Counted from the first letter of the stretch, positions 1 through 10,067 are shown. The stretch is DNA of 64,000 bases from a virus (IMGVR_UViG_3300034171_000062:1-64000); one strand, 5' to 3'. Program-made: numbers and translations. The notes: generated from the letters alone by a model not told the origin.

Positions 1-62
1 ACTGGTGGGTTACGAGTCACACCCTGCCATTAAAGGTAAGGTTTCTGTATAGCAAGACTCAC

Positions 63-461
63 TTGGAAGGGACAGCTGTCCCTTCCGTTATTCCGTATCT
101 CGAAGAGGAATCTAATGTGCACATTAAATCGTACGCACAACGCTTTGAAGAGTACCTCGTCTCTTGTTCTAAGGAAGTTGTGGCTAAGTTAGTAACCATG
201 ACTGAGAACAGCGCGACGCATGAGGAACTCAGTCAATACCTGGTTGGGTATTACGAATGCATCAGCCCTGAGATGATGACCCTCGATCAAATCACTAAAG
301 AGCACCTTGAATCGATTCTCACCGATGGCATCGTCTTATTGGTCCCAACTGGGTTAAGTTATAGCGAAGTTAACGAGGTCGTGATGAAGTTAAATGTGTA
401 TGGGGTTGGTATTCCACCCACTGCCGAATGTAGCTCGCAACCGTTGGTGTGGGATCGATGA
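63..461 (+). CDS. hypothetical phage protein (start uncertain)
   Basis: 132-aa ORF; stop overlaps the next ATG (ATGA). Confidence 0.5.
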   Translation: MEGTAVPSVIPYLEEESNVHIKSYAQRFEEYLVSCSKEVVAKLVTMTENSATHEELSQYLVGYYECISPEMMTLDQITKEHLESILTDGIVLLVPTGLSYSEVNEVVMKLNVYGVGIPPTAECSSQPLVWDR

Positions 462-628
462 AAAAGAAAAACCCAACAGCGAATGAAATCAAGGTTGAAC
501 TGTACCGCGAATTGTACAAAGAACGCACCAGCCAGTCAGACAAAGACTTTGATAAGTTGGTCGATAGCTATAGTCGCCCAGAAGACGCCTTGTCGTACCT
601 TCGAGGTCGATTAGGCCCTCGTCTCTGA
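458..628 (+). CDS. small hypothetical protein, 56 aa (MKKKNPTANEIK...)
   Basis: Read manually; ATGA coupling to the upstream stop; below the ORF-track cutoff. Confidence 0.5.
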   Translation: MKKKNPTANEIKVELYRELYKERTSQSDKDFDKLVDSYSRPEDALSYLRGRLGPRL

Positions 629-654
629 CTTTCACTCTATTCGTTTAATAGGAG

Positions 655-1092
655 TTGTTGATGACGCGCATCCTTAAATCCGCACTACGGTCAACCCCAA
701 CGGTCGTGGTGATCATTAAAGGTAACCCAGCCAAGATGGTGGGTATGGAAGACCTGGCCGATGCCTACTACGACGAAATAGCCGACTACGTTCAACGCCT
801 TGGATTTACTCCAACATTTGATCCGGGTGAGGACATGACTTGCCCGGACAAGTCTGCTGCATTTTGGATAGCTCACAGTCGTGGGGCCGGTCGCATTCGA
901 TGCATCGACCCTAAGGCCCAATGGCGGTTCTTAAAGTTCGGCGACTTAGATGGCGTTATCCACCCAGTCGACGCTAAGTGGCAGGCGAGCATCGCCGATC
1001 ACCGAGGGTCTAATGAGATGCCCCCCAAGGAGCACTTCGAATTTACCCGGGAACAGCAAAGCGCCATTGATAAGCTGGTCAGCAACCTCTGA
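655..1092 (+). CDS. small alpha/beta-hydrolase-like protein
   Basis: Nucleophile-elbow-like WIAHSRG; AGGAG RBS; followed by a terminator. Confidence 0.45.
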   Translation: MLMTRILKSALRSTPTVVVIIKGNPAKMVGMEDLADAYYDEIADYVQRLGFTPTFDPGEDMTCPDKSAAFWIAHSRGAGRIRCIDPKAQWRFLKFGDLDGVIHPVDAKWQASIADHRGSNEMPPKEHFEFTREQQSAIDKLVSNL

Positions 1093-1102
1093 ATTGATGT
1101 AG

Positions 1103-1132
1103 AAAAATAGAGGGCAGGTACCCTCTATTTTT
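1103..1132 (+). terminator. intrinsic terminator
   Basis: atagaggg-caggta-ccctctat hairpin with T run. Confidence 0.7.
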
Positions 1133-1236
1133 GTTACAAAAACGAGGAGACATTAATAGACCCAATCGTGTGTACTTCTACGGGCGGACATTCTTTACCG
1201 GGTCGATGAAAAAGTAACTAAACGGAAACAACGGCC

Positions 1237-1668
1237 ATGAACAAGAGAACCTTTGTCAAGAAGTATTTTGAGTTCTTAAAACAATCTAAGACAGTTGCCA
1301 ATCAAGTTCGAGTGTCATACGGCGGTGCCCTATTGATGATGGGATTGAGGGACTCAACTGACGATTTGGATCTAGACGTTACTAAGGAGACCTATGAACG
1401 TCTTGTCACTACTTACAATCTCAAACGAGAAATGAGAAAGGTGGGTGAGTGCGCAGATTGGAATCAACACGTTAGTTTAAAAGCGGACGATGACCTGAGT
1501 AGAGGGGTTTTTATCCACGACGTTTGGGTAAGCACGCCAGAAGACGTGCTCCGGAGAAAAGAAGCTCTCAATCGACCAAAAGATCAAGACGATATAGTGA
1601 AGCTCAAACGTTTAATTGAAAGTCACTCATCGGGACCGATGAAACAACACAGTTGGATGAATTGGTAG
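1237..1668 (+). CDS. nucleotidyltransferase-fold protein
   Basis: GGALLMMGLR...TDDLDLDV (GG + DxD) and C-terminal RPKDQDDI, typical of small NTase-like proteins. Confidence 0.6.
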   Translation: MNKRTFVKKYFEFLKQSKTVANQVRVSYGGALLMMGLRDSTDDLDLDVTKETYERLVTTYNLKREMRKVGECADWNQHVSLKADDDLSRGVFIHDVWVSTPEDVLRRKEALNRPKDQDDIVKLKRLIESHSSGPMKQHSWMNW

Positions 1669-1724
1669 GAAGTAACACAGAGAGGCCCGATGGTCTCTCT
1701 ATTTTTTGTCTTGACTGGAGGGAT

Positions 1725-1750
1725 GTTGAAACATATATCATCCACGTGAT
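1725..1750 (+). promoter_or_regulatory. putative early phage-RNAP promoter (TATATCA motif)
   Basis: gttgaaacaTATATCAtccacgtga; one of 7 intergenic copies; resembles the phiKZ early promoter TATATTAC. Confidence 0.6.
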
Positions 1751-1784
1751 CTTAATCCCCTAGGGTAACGCGGAGACAGGCCCC

Positions 1785-2561
1785 ATGAAATGGATGGATG
1801 ACACCACAGAGGAATTTGAAGCCCTCAGAACCGTACTGACGCGCAAGCCCCCTCGGGGGATGGAGTTCACCGAGACAGTGTTTCCATCGCTGTTCCGGTG
1901 TTCGTATCGAGGCAGTTTAGCGATTGAAGAACGAGTGCCTCTACCTAACCTTGAAAACTACCGGGTGGTGGCCATCGGCATAGAGAGCACAAAAGTGGAG
2001 GTCTCAATTAAACCCGAGTATAGGGACTCCCTCCCTCTCCAATTCCGTACACCGAGAAACGTGCCCCGGGGTGAGTTATACGACCCCGACGTGTACTACA
2101 TTCGAAACGCTCACCTGCACCTCAAAGGTGAGCGGCCGTTTAAGTTAAAAATCTCAGACCAGAGTGAAGAAGCGTTTTTGATCGAAGTAGGACACCACCA
2201 CATCGCTCGAATGATACGATTCTGTAAGAAAGCGTTTGGACGCAACCGGGGCGACGTGTATTTCCAAGCAGTAATCAACCGCGCCGTCGACGACTCCAAG
2301 TCAATACGGATTGACAACATGGGATTTGGCTACGGCGTTATGCGTGTGCCTTACTGGCCCAAGACGTTCTTTAAGAAAGCCCCGAGTATAACGTTCGACG
2401 TCGTCAAAGTGTACGTTGGACTCAAAGACCTAACGACTCTACATACCCGTCGTCCGGACAGTTTAGAGACCATCAATTCCTCGTACTCGATTGCCGACAA
2501 AACCACCGCTACGAAGAAGTTCAGACACCTTCGTCGCCGTCGCTACGGTAAAATCCGGTAA
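1785..2561 (+). CDS. hypothetical early protein
   Basis: 258-aa ORF with GGAG RBS downstream of a promoter motif. Confidence 0.7.
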   Translation: MKWMDDTTEEFEALRTVLTRKPPRGMEFTETVFPSLFRCSYRGSLAIEERVPLPNLENYRVVAIGIESTKVEVSIKPEYRDSLPLQFRTPRNVPRGELYDPDVYYIRNAHLHLKGERPFKLKISDQSEEAFLIEVGHHHIARMIRFCKKAFGRNRGDVYFQAVINRAVDDSKSIRIDNMGFGYGVMRVPYWPKTFFKKAPSITFDVVKVYVGLKDLTTLHTRRPDSLETINSSYSIADKTTATKKFRHLRRRRYGKIR

Positions 2562-2868
2562 CGACGTCTTGAGCTGGATGTTGTCTGAAAACGACGGCCT
2601 TGAACGTAAGATGGCGTTTTTACCTCAACGGATGAATCAAAGTAAACGCTGCAAGAAATTAAGGATGAAGAGGTCGCCTGAAGAAACACGACAGGTAGGG
2701 TTGAAGGACTAACTCAATGCATTGAAATCCAACACATGCAATTTACAAAAGCGTCTAGTAACATTAGATTCAATCTAAAGAATCGCTTTAAACTGAAAGA
2801 CAACGATCCTTTAATGTTGTTATTAAAGAAAAAAGAAACTATTTTAACTGACGATAAGGTACTTTAAA

Positions 2869-3396
2869 ATGACAACATCCAATGCCGTAACCGTTTTTAC
2901 TGAATTTTACCACAAAATCGAGACAGAAGAAATAGTAAAGACGTATGACAGCAACATGTTCTATATATTACTGCATCAAAAAGAACCCAAAGGCGCTAAA
3001 GTTGTAACGGCCGTAACGCGCGATGGCGTGCGGTTTATTCAGTTGTACACTAAGATCGGTAACCTCGTCTTCTACGTTCAGGAATCCCGAGATGAAGCCC
3101 CTCAGGTGCATGTGGAGGTGGCTGACGCATGGCGTGGTATTATAACGCCGCATCTACCTGTCACAGGAGAGCAACTGACTCAGTATTTAGAAGACAGTTT
3201 TAATGATGTGGAGACAAACTACTTTAGAGAGACGTTGAGAACGATTCTAGGTGCTGCGGTGCCTGAATTAGAAAAAGCAGAGTATGAAAACTCAATCGGG
3301 ATGATGGAATACCCAGCCGACAAACCCCCACAGGTCTATACGTATACCCTAGATACCGATAAGGTACTTGTTCAGATCAAGAACGCATATGAGTAA
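2869..3396 (+). CDS. hypothetical protein
   Basis: 175-aa ORF, AAGGT RBS. Confidence 0.7.
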   Translation: MTTSNAVTVFTEFYHKIETEEIVKTYDSNMFYILLHQKEPKGAKVVTAVTRDGVRFIQLYTKIGNLVFYVQESRDEAPQVHVEVADAWRGIITPHLPVTGEQLTQYLEDSFNDVETNYFRETLRTILGAAVPELEKAEYENSIGMMEYPADKPPQVYTYTLDTDKVLVQIKNAYE

Positions 3397-3651
3397 GTGT
3401 TCCGTCCTTTTATCTTTGACTTAGGAGAACAACCGTATGTTCGCCACTTTAATCAAGTGTGAGGTACCGTATGTCAAACCCCACACCCTGCCATTAAGTT
3501 GCCTATCTCTCTACAGCGAGACAAGTAACATGAGTAACTTCCAACCTCCTGAAACGTTCAGCAATGTATCATCGACGCCAAGCTTCAGGGACGATTGAAT
3601 ACCTCAGTGTCCGATAAATTCATCCAGAAAGTCATAAAGGAAAGATGCAGT

Positions 3652-4170
3652 ATGAGCAAGAAGACATTACACGACCTTAACCTCACCGCAAAGCCACATC
3701 GCATGGTGGATGCCATCATGCTTCGTAAAGACATCTACGAAACCCACGGCATGCCTGAGTATAAAACGACGGGATCAGCAGGCCTTGATCTGCGCGCCTG
3801 CATCGATGAGTCCATCGTCCTTCACCCCAACGAAGTTAAGATGATTCCGTCGGGCATTAAGATCCACGTCGACGACCCCAACTACGCAGCCATCCTACTG
3901 CCCCGATCTGGTCTTGGTGCCAAGCACGGCATCGTACTGGGCAATTTGGTGGGCCTGATCGATTCGGACTACCAAGGCGAAATGGGGATGTCCATCTGGA
4001 ACCGCAGCGATAAAGAATACACGATCGAACCGGGGGATCGGGTTGCTCAAATGGTCGTGATTAAGGTCGAGCAGATCGTGATGCACTGGACCGACAGCTT
4101 CGAAACCTCGGATCGGGGCGAAGGTGGCTTTGGGTCTACTGGGGTCACCGACGTCCCGCCACACAACTGA
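3652..4170 (+). CDS. dut: trimeric dUTPase
   Basis: Motifs [42 protein letters not shown]; ATG 3652 follows AAGGA. Confidence 0.97.
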   Translation: MSKKTLHDLNLTAKPHRMVDAIMLRKDIYETHGMPEYKTTGSAGLDLRACIDESIVLHPNEVKMIPSGIKIHVDDPNYAAILLPRSGLGAKHGIVLGNLVGLIDSDYQGEMGMSIWNRSDKEYTIEPGDRVAQMVVIKVEQIVMHWTDSFETSDRGEGGFGSTGVTDVPPHN

Positions 4171-4190
4171 ACCAAACCACGAGATAAGAT

Positions 4191-4526
4191 ATGAGTAACG
4201 ACCGCACCGCCGGCACCATCGGCTTAGTGACCGCCGGGCGGTCACACACTCGGGCAGTGCACGAGGCTGCCCGCATCGTAATGAAGGACCACTCGCCGAC
4301 GGACTTTCCCGTCATTGAGGTGATTCATGAGAACCCAACTATGCTTAACAAGATACTCGATGCGTTAGAAGAAAACGGCATCATGACCCGGCCGCCTCCG
4401 CCCATTAGACGAAAGAAGAAACGACCCCCATCGGAACTGCAGGAACGGACGCTCCGTGACGCCAAAGAAAAGCGGGAACGTCGTAGACAGAAGCGTCTGA
4501 AGAATGGGTTCCATACAGACACCTAA
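4191..4526 (+). CDS. small basic hypothetical protein
   Basis: ORF with Arg/Lys-rich C-terminus. Confidence 0.6.
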   Translation: MSNDRTAGTIGLVTAGRSHTRAVHEAARIVMKDHSPTDFPVIEVIHENPTMLNKILDALEENGIMTRPPPPIRRKKKRPPSELQERTLRDAKEKRERRRQKRLKNGFHTDT

Positions 4527-4547
4527 CCTTGAACGTGAGGACAATTC

Positions 4548-4739
4548 ATGTCACCAAACCCACCCGAGATGAGCACTGAAGAGATCGACCGGCGATACGC
4601 CGAACTCTTCGGGTTGAAGAAACCTAAATACGCTAGAACCGAGACCGACGAGAGGGCCCTTAAGGCCGCTCAGGCGAAGCGTCAGTTAAAGGCAGATAAA
4701 CGCTTGGTATCTAACGTTAAGGTTTGTCATGAGACTTAG
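4548..4739 (+). CDS. small basic hypothetical protein
   Basis: GAGGA RBS; C-terminus resembles the previous ORF. Confidence 0.6.
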   Translation: MSPNPPEMSTEEIDRRYAELFGLKKPKYARTETDERALKAAQAKRQLKADKRLVSNVKVCHET

Positions 4740-5217
4740 AACGCCCTTGACAGGCATTCTCTTAGTACTTGGACTGTGGTCGCTCAGTTTCGCCGCAGTG
4801 TCAGACACGTCGTGGGTCCTGGAACCGCGCGACATAGACCGAGTGTACGATGGCGATACGTTCTACATCACACTCAATGGTCTACCCCCCGTCTTTGGGG
4901 ATGGCTTGCCGATTCGTTTATTGAACATTGATACCCCGGAACTGCGCAGTCGCTGCAAAACCCCGGAACTCAAAGACGAAGAGAAACGTCTCGGTCGTAT
5001 CTCTCGAGACTACCTAATCGATCAACTCCAACAGGCCACCGCCATTCAGATCACTCACCTAGAACGTGGGAGTTTCTTTCGAGTGGTGGCGGATGTGTAC
5101 GTTGACAATCGATGGTTGAACGAAAGGATGGTCGCCGCTGGACACGCAGTAGGAGTCTACGACAACTCCAGCGCAGACTGGTGTCAGATCATTCAAGATC
5201 GATGGGACTCTGAGTAA
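4729..5217 (+). CDS. thermonuclease (SNase family) with signal peptide
   Basis: VYDGDT, IRLLNIDTPE, R-V-V-A-D-V-Y, LNERMVAAGHA; hydrophobic N-terminus ending SFAA. Confidence 0.9.
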   Translation: MRLRTPLTGILLVLGLWSLSFAAVSDTSWVLEPRDIDRVYDGDTFYITLNGLPPVFGDGLPIRLLNIDTPELRSRCKTPELKDEEKRLGRISRDYLIDQLQQATAIQITHLERGSFFRVVADVYVDNRWLNERMVAAGHAVGVYDNSSADWCQIIQDRWDSE

Positions 5218-5275
5218 CTCACGGTGGGGCTTCGGTCCCACCGTTTATTCGGTTTAACGACATTTAGAGGTAGAT

Positions 5276-5644
5276 ATGAACGTAGAAAAAGGTTTCTGGT
5301 GGTATCTCATACGCACCTTTAAAATCAATCGACAACGCCGGGCGTATGAATCCATCCTCCAAGGTAAGGACGATGAGGTTCGTAAATTGACGCGCTCGTT
5401 GTTGATAGTTGATGCAGGACCGAGTTACCCGTTCAGGATTGGTCAGGGTGGGTTTCATTACGCCTGGTTAGAGGATAACTTGAAGCGCATTTTAGTGACC
5501 CCTCAAACTTCACTCGGCACCAGGCGTCGAAAACTATTGCAACGAGCCGGGTACGAAATCGTCTTGTGCGGGGAAGAGGATTACGCAACGTGTACGATTA
5601 AGATTGACAGCAAGGTAGGGTCTATATTTTCTAAGGCGACATAA
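5276..5644 (+). CDS. hypothetical protein
   Basis: GAGGT RBS, 122 aa. Confidence 0.6.
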   Translation: MNVEKGFWWYLIRTFKINRQRRAYESILQGKDDEVRKLTRSLLIVDAGPSYPFRIGQGGFHYAWLEDNLKRILVTPQTSLGTRRRKLLQRAGYEIVLCGEEDYATCTIKIDSKVGSIFSKAT

Positions 5645-5667
5645 AGGGAGGCCGCAGCCTCCCTTCG

Positions 5668-5919
5668 TTAGAAGAAGTATATAGAGTCGTACACCTCAAC
5701 CCGTCGGCAACCTGAATCGTTGATCGCATCTGGGGCGGTCGTGATTTGGTTTCCTTCCGATAACCACACTTCCATATCCTGACGCAGCTGAGTTCGCAAC
5801 GCGAGTTTATTGTCATTGTTCAGTACTGGGGCGCCTAAGACCGAGCGATCGTCGTCTGCAATGGCAGGGTTGAACGGATTGCTTGGGTTCAGATGGACAC
5901 CGGTAATGGATGTCGTCAT
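5668..5919 (-). CDS. SutA-like RNA-polymerase-binding protein
   Basis: KLALRTQLRQDMEVWLSEGNQIT resembles the SutA core KQKERDALAKAMEEFLSRGGKVQ; GAGGA RBS on the minus strand. Confidence 0.6.
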   Translation of the reverse strand: MTTSITGVHLNPSNPFNPAIADDDRSVLGAPVLNNDNKLALRTQLRQDMEVWLSEGNQITTAPDAINDSGCRRVEVYDSIYFF

Positions 5920-6149
5920 TTTCTACATTTCCTCGATAAGTTATGGTACAGCACCATATTTCACATACCATGACTACTTAACACAAACCTGTATAACTCG
6001 ATAGGATACACTCATGCCTAACCTTGGTCCTTCCCCGTACTCCAATGACATCTGTGGGAAGTCAACTCAGACGATGTTCCAAACTTGGCGTCAGGACATT
6101 TAGTTGAAGCGCCTCTACACTGCAACGATCGAACCTAAGGAGTAGACCT

Positions 6150-6524
6150 ATGTGTTCTAACCCCCCCGATGAGTTACCTAAGGACGACCTTACTAAGTCG
6201 CAAGAACGAACGCTGGCCGAAGAGAAACTGGGACGTCTGTACGGCCCTGGGTCGAATAAGCGAATGTCGCCAATGCGAGCCTCCCTCTTATTCGACGAGG
6301 CCCGAGAAAGCGACGCCGGGATGTTGGCGGCTTACGGTGGTCTCGCCTTGGTGAACGTAATCGCCGAACATAAAACGCTGATGCAGCAGATCGCAAACAT
6401 CAAAGCGGCGTTTGACTCAGTTCGGAGTCAATGCTGCGCTTGTCCGAGTGGTCCCCCAGAACACGTACCTGAGTGTCCAGTGACCATATTAGACAATGTC
6501 ATCAACCCCCCTAAGAAGGACTAA
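6150..6524 (+). CDS. hypothetical protein
   Basis: AAGGAG RBS; Cys/His cluster near the C-terminus. Confidence 0.65.
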   Translation: MCSNPPDELPKDDLTKSQERTLAEEKLGRLYGPGSNKRMSPMRASLLFDEARESDAGMLAAYGGLALVNVIAEHKTLMQQIANIKAAFDSVRSQCCACPSGPPEHVPECPVTILDNVINPPKKD

Positions 6525-7000
6525 TGTACATCATGGATAATTTACTGAGGGGCGAGAGTCGCTCCATTAATCGCGCTTTATTGTCTTTAATTGTGATGAT
6601 CATCTTCGGTGGCATCGCTCAGATGACCCCAACTTTCGGGTGGGTCATCTGGTTATTGGGTGTAGCCCTGGCGGTTACATTATGGTCTCATTCGGCTACT
6701 CCCCGTTCCGAATGTCACGAAGAAGTCTCTCTAGACAGCGCCGCCAAGTTAGTACTCTGGTGTGCCATCGTTGTAGATCTGAACATCGCATTGTCTCTGA
6801 TCTATACGTTCGTTACATATAAAACCACCGCTACTGTATTCGGCGTGGGAAGCTTGACCTTAGCGGCTTGGGTCTTAGCCCACGATTTGATTCTGAGGCA
6901 CTACTACCGACTCTATTGTCGGAAAGATGTGCCTTACTTCACCTACACCGACCTGACCATGGTCAGTCACGTTAAACGCCTCATCAACACCCAGAGATAA
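6524..7000 (+). CDS. membrane protein (about 4 TM)
   Basis: Four hydrophobic segments; TAATG coupling. Confidence 0.7.
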   Translation: MYIMDNLLRGESRSINRALLSLIVMIIFGGIAQMTPTFGWVIWLLGVALAVTLWSHSATPRSECHEEVSLDSAAKLVLWCAIVVDLNIALSLIYTFVTYKTTATVFGVGSLTLAAWVLAHDLILRHYYRLYCRKDVPYFTYTDLTMVSHVKRLINTQR

Positions 7001-7007
7001 TTCCACT

Positions 7008-7484
7008 ATGAGCACACTAAAAACACGACACGAACTGGACGTCCACACGATCGAAGAGATTCGTCAACTGATTGGACCGATCCTGAACGATGTCTGTCAG
7101 CGCCACTTCGACGACAGCACCGGATACGCACAAGAGTTGGCGGCAGACATTGAATCCAGATTGATCAGTGACGTGCAAGTCGCGTCTTCTCGTGGGGATA
7201 AGGTCACCGGTCTGAAAGGAGGCGGCGCCGTATACACCGCAGGGCAGATCAAGGCGGTGTTGGCAGACGTCCCAGATGACCGGTTTGTACTGAGTCAGAT
7301 CGTAGGTTCACAGACGGGGGTGTACAACGCATACTTTGAAATAGGCGTACTTAAGAACGGAAACGGTCCCGTGGTGATCTCAGCGGGTCACCCGGAGTTG
7401 GCACACTTACCTATGTGTCTGGACAACGATGACCGCAATCGAAAGATCAATGAATTGATTGCAAACCTCAATGCACTGAGGTAG
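7008..7484 (+). CDS. hypothetical protein
   Basis: 158-aa ORF followed by a terminator. Confidence 0.65.
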   Translation: MSTLKTRHELDVHTIEEIRQLIGPILNDVCQRHFDDSTGYAQELAADIESRLISDVQVASSRGDKVTGLKGGGAVYTAGQIKAVLADVPDDRFVLSQIVGSQTGVYNAYFEIGVLKNGNGPVVISAGHPELAHLPMCLDNDDRNRKINELIANLNALR

Positions 7485-7566
7485 TCACCGTCTAGCGGTA
7501 AGTAAATGAGGGGGACTTAACTCCCCCTTTCTTTTTTTATCGATTCTTTTAAACTGAGACTCAACT

Positions 7567-7998
7567 ATGGACAACATACTCCCGTTCAAAGGTAAGAAAG
7601 ACGCTCACAGCAACCTGAACGTCGCCATGGTCTTTCTCACCGACCTCATCGCCGGCCATGGCGACGAGACGAATATTATGGAATTCACCATGGTCGGGGT
7701 GAGAGTCACCGTGCAACACTACGATTCTCTATTTGAAGACGTGCGGGCTCACCTCAAAACAGAGGACCTGGTTATGCTGGCCGCCGGGCTACCCTCATTG
7801 ATGATGCAGACCCCAGAGGCCCAGCGTCAGGAACTGTTTGACGTGGCGACTATTGAAATACAACTCTGGGAATGGGTCACCGGCATCGACTACTTCGTTA
7901 CCGCCAGAACTGGTTCTTACGACTACAGCTTCCGCACCGCCAACGACACCATCGCCTACGTGTTACTTGAACTGATATCGTACGATAAAACAACCTAA
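7567..7998 (+). CDS. hypothetical protein
   Basis: 143-aa ORF. Confidence 0.65.
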   Translation: MDNILPFKGKKDAHSNLNVAMVFLTDLIAGHGDETNIMEFTMVGVRVTVQHYDSLFEDVRAHLKTEDLVMLAAGLPSLMMQTPEAQRQELFDVATIEIQLWEWVTGIDYFVTARTGSYDYSFRTANDTIAYVLLELISYDKTT

Positions 7999-8008
7999 GG
8001 AACAGATC

Positions 8009-8194
8009 ATGTCGGTGGACTTGAACCAACTCGCTACTCGGGTTAAACGTCCCTATCCTGAATTATTCCATTTGTCATTCAATGGTGAGTTGGAAGGGAC
8101 GTGGTCACCTAAGTCTCCCGATGGGGACTACGACGGGGGTGGTTTTCGGCTACGACAACGCCACATCGACCTACTCGGTCATTATCGATTATAA
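8009..8194 (+). CDS. small hypothetical protein, possibly a truncated remnant
   Basis: AAGGA RBS, 61 aa. Confidence 0.45.
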   Translation: MSVDLNQLATRVKRPYPELFHLSFNGELEGTWSPKSPDGDYDGGGFRLRQRHIDLLGHYRL

Positions 8195-8252
8195 AGGACA
8201 TCTACTGGTGGGTAGTTACGTAGGTGACTTTGGGTCCTTTCACGTGAGTTGA

Positions 8253-8513
8253 TTGATCATGGCCAAACTTATATCAGTACTGCACAGCGATTTAACTCCG
8301 GAGTCCATCGCTAAGGACATCGTCCTCGATGGGTTCAGTATGCAACGCCGCCGCCCAGCGATGTTGGTTGACACCAAGTTGCCCATACCCATGGCCGTTG
8401 ACTGTCGAAGACGGGTGGCCAAGCGCAACTGCGTTCACATGGATCGGGAGTTCCATTCGCTGTTTGATAAAGCCGTCCGACATATCGAGGTCGATTCAAA
8501 CACCGTCTCTTAA
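8253..8513 (+). CDS. hypothetical protein
   Basis: 86-aa ORF on the coding strand. Confidence 0.45.
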   Translation: MIMAKLISVLHSDLTPESIAKDIVLDGFSMQRRRPAMLVDTKLPIPMAVDCRRRVAKRNCVHMDREFHSLFDKAVRHIEVDSNTVS

Positions 8514-8588
8514 CCAAGTCAATCCCGTGGGTCCACTTCGTATATTTTAAGAGACATCTAACTAAAACCATTCCATACGAGTTTCATT

Positions 8589-10067
8589 ATGAGTACGCTA
8601 CTTCGCTCCGCACTTGCTGAAAGTATTACTTTTGAGTCCATAGTAGATCCAGACACTGCTATTACGGCGTTTGCTATGGAGCAGATGACCCTTCAAGACA
8701 GACAACAGCGTCAGATCCAACTACAGGTGGAACTTGACGAACTCAAGGCCGCCCAGAGAACCCTCGAGGGCCGGGAGAAACTACATCAGTCGAATGAATC
8801 ATTATCCATCGAGTCATTCATCGCTACTCGCACAATCCTGTCCGATCTATTTGGAGAGGAGACTTTGTCCGAGGTCAGTTTTGAGTCGGAGGACGCTCAG
8901 GCGGCCACATTGGAGTCCATCAGTACTGCGTTGAAACGAATAGCACGTGCAGTTCGAAGCAAATACGACAAACTGCTCGAAAGCATTCGTTGGGTCAGCG
9001 ATTCCATGTTCAATGGGCTAACAAAAAGCGACACGTACTTGACCAGCGCTCTGAAGTCACTCAGCACCCTGGGGGAACTCAAGGATGCAGGAGACTACAC
9101 GTCGCCATCGCTGGCTACTAACTACCTTCACTTCAACGGTAATGGCGACGTTGTCTCAGTACTTAAGGGTCTCCGTCAAAGTACTGAGGCGTTTAAGACA
9201 CTGAGTTCGTCGGCTACCACAGCCAAACGAGAGCTCCTTCCTCTCGCTCGCCGCTCGGCTAATCGTGTTCTTGAAGAGTTAGGTCAGGCTAAGACTAAGA
9301 GTGAGATTGGGTCCATCATTGAACGGATATATGCGGAAACCCTTGAGGAGGCCGGCAAGGTCACATCAACGCATCGTAAACAGATCGAGAACCTCACGGG
9401 CATGCATGTCTCGGGTGGCCGCGTTATTCAGTATAAGTCCGCTCGAAAGTTTGGCGACAGTCCAGACATTAAGCTCGATATTGTCCCCGGCCGAGGACGT
9501 ACGCCAGATAGTCTAACTCTACCGACTAAGAGCGATCTTAGCGAATTGATTGGGGAGGCGAAACTTGCCATCGAATCGCTAAGGGCCCGTAAGAGCGATT
9601 ACGATGGAGTCTTCAACTCGTTCATCGATCTACTTGGCGAAGAGGTGACCGATAAAGATATTGGTAAGCCCGATAAGCAGGCTGAGGAGTTCTGGGGGGT
9701 AGATTTGTGGTACATCTACGTCTTTATTATGATGTCGTTCTACTTTGGTCTAATGGCCACTGTGATGCCGGCAGTGGCCATTATTTCAACCGGGTTCGCC
9801 TTGGCAGCCCTTGTTAAAACCGTCACTACCGTATGGTCAGCCATTACTGGAAAATACAGTAAGGGCCACTTCGGTACCGACAAGGACACGACAAATGAAA
9901 TGCTTAAAGACGAGATCAAAGGACCTATAGCTGATCTGGCAGGCGATCTAGTTAAAGTCATGAATGACTACGCCCGCTTCCAAAATACCGTAGTTCGGGC
10001 ATCCGTTCTCTATATACACAGCGCGTTAGAACAATACGGGTCCACAAGCAAAGACCCATTGAGCTAA
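8589..10067 (+). CDS. internal head (virion) protein, phiKZ inner-body-like
   Basis: N-terminal propeptide with repeated [S/T/A]-x-E sites (TFES, AMEQ, SIES, SFES, TLES) typical of prohead-protease substrates; hydrophobic hairpin near the C-terminus. Confidence 0.7.
   Translation: MSTLLRSALAESITFESIVDPDTAITAFAMEQMTLQDRQQRQIQLQVELDELKAAQRTLEGREKLHQSNESLSIESFIATRTILSDLFGEETLSEVSFESEDAQAATLESISTALKRIARAVRSKYDKLLESIRWVSDSMFNGLTKSDTYLTSALKSLSTLGELKDAGDYTSPSLATNYLHFNGNGDVVSVLKGLRQSTEAFKTLSSSATTAKRELLPLARRSANRVLEELGQAKTKSEIGSIIERIYAETLEEAGKVTSTHRKQIENLTGMHVSGGRVIQYKSARKFGDSPDIKLDIVPGRGRTPDSLTLPTKSDLSELIGEAKLAIESLRARKSDYDGVFNSFIDLLGEEVTDKDIGKPDKQAEEFWGVDLWYIYVFIMMSFYFGLMATVMPAVAIISTGFALAALVKTVTTVWSAITGKYSKGHFGTDKDTTNEMLKDEIKGPIADLAGDLVKVMNDYARFQNTVVRASVLYIHSALEQYGSTSKDPLS

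Noticed and set aside
8270-8276. Additional TATATCA copy
   Set aside because: Inside a probable CDS and lacks the downstream consensus
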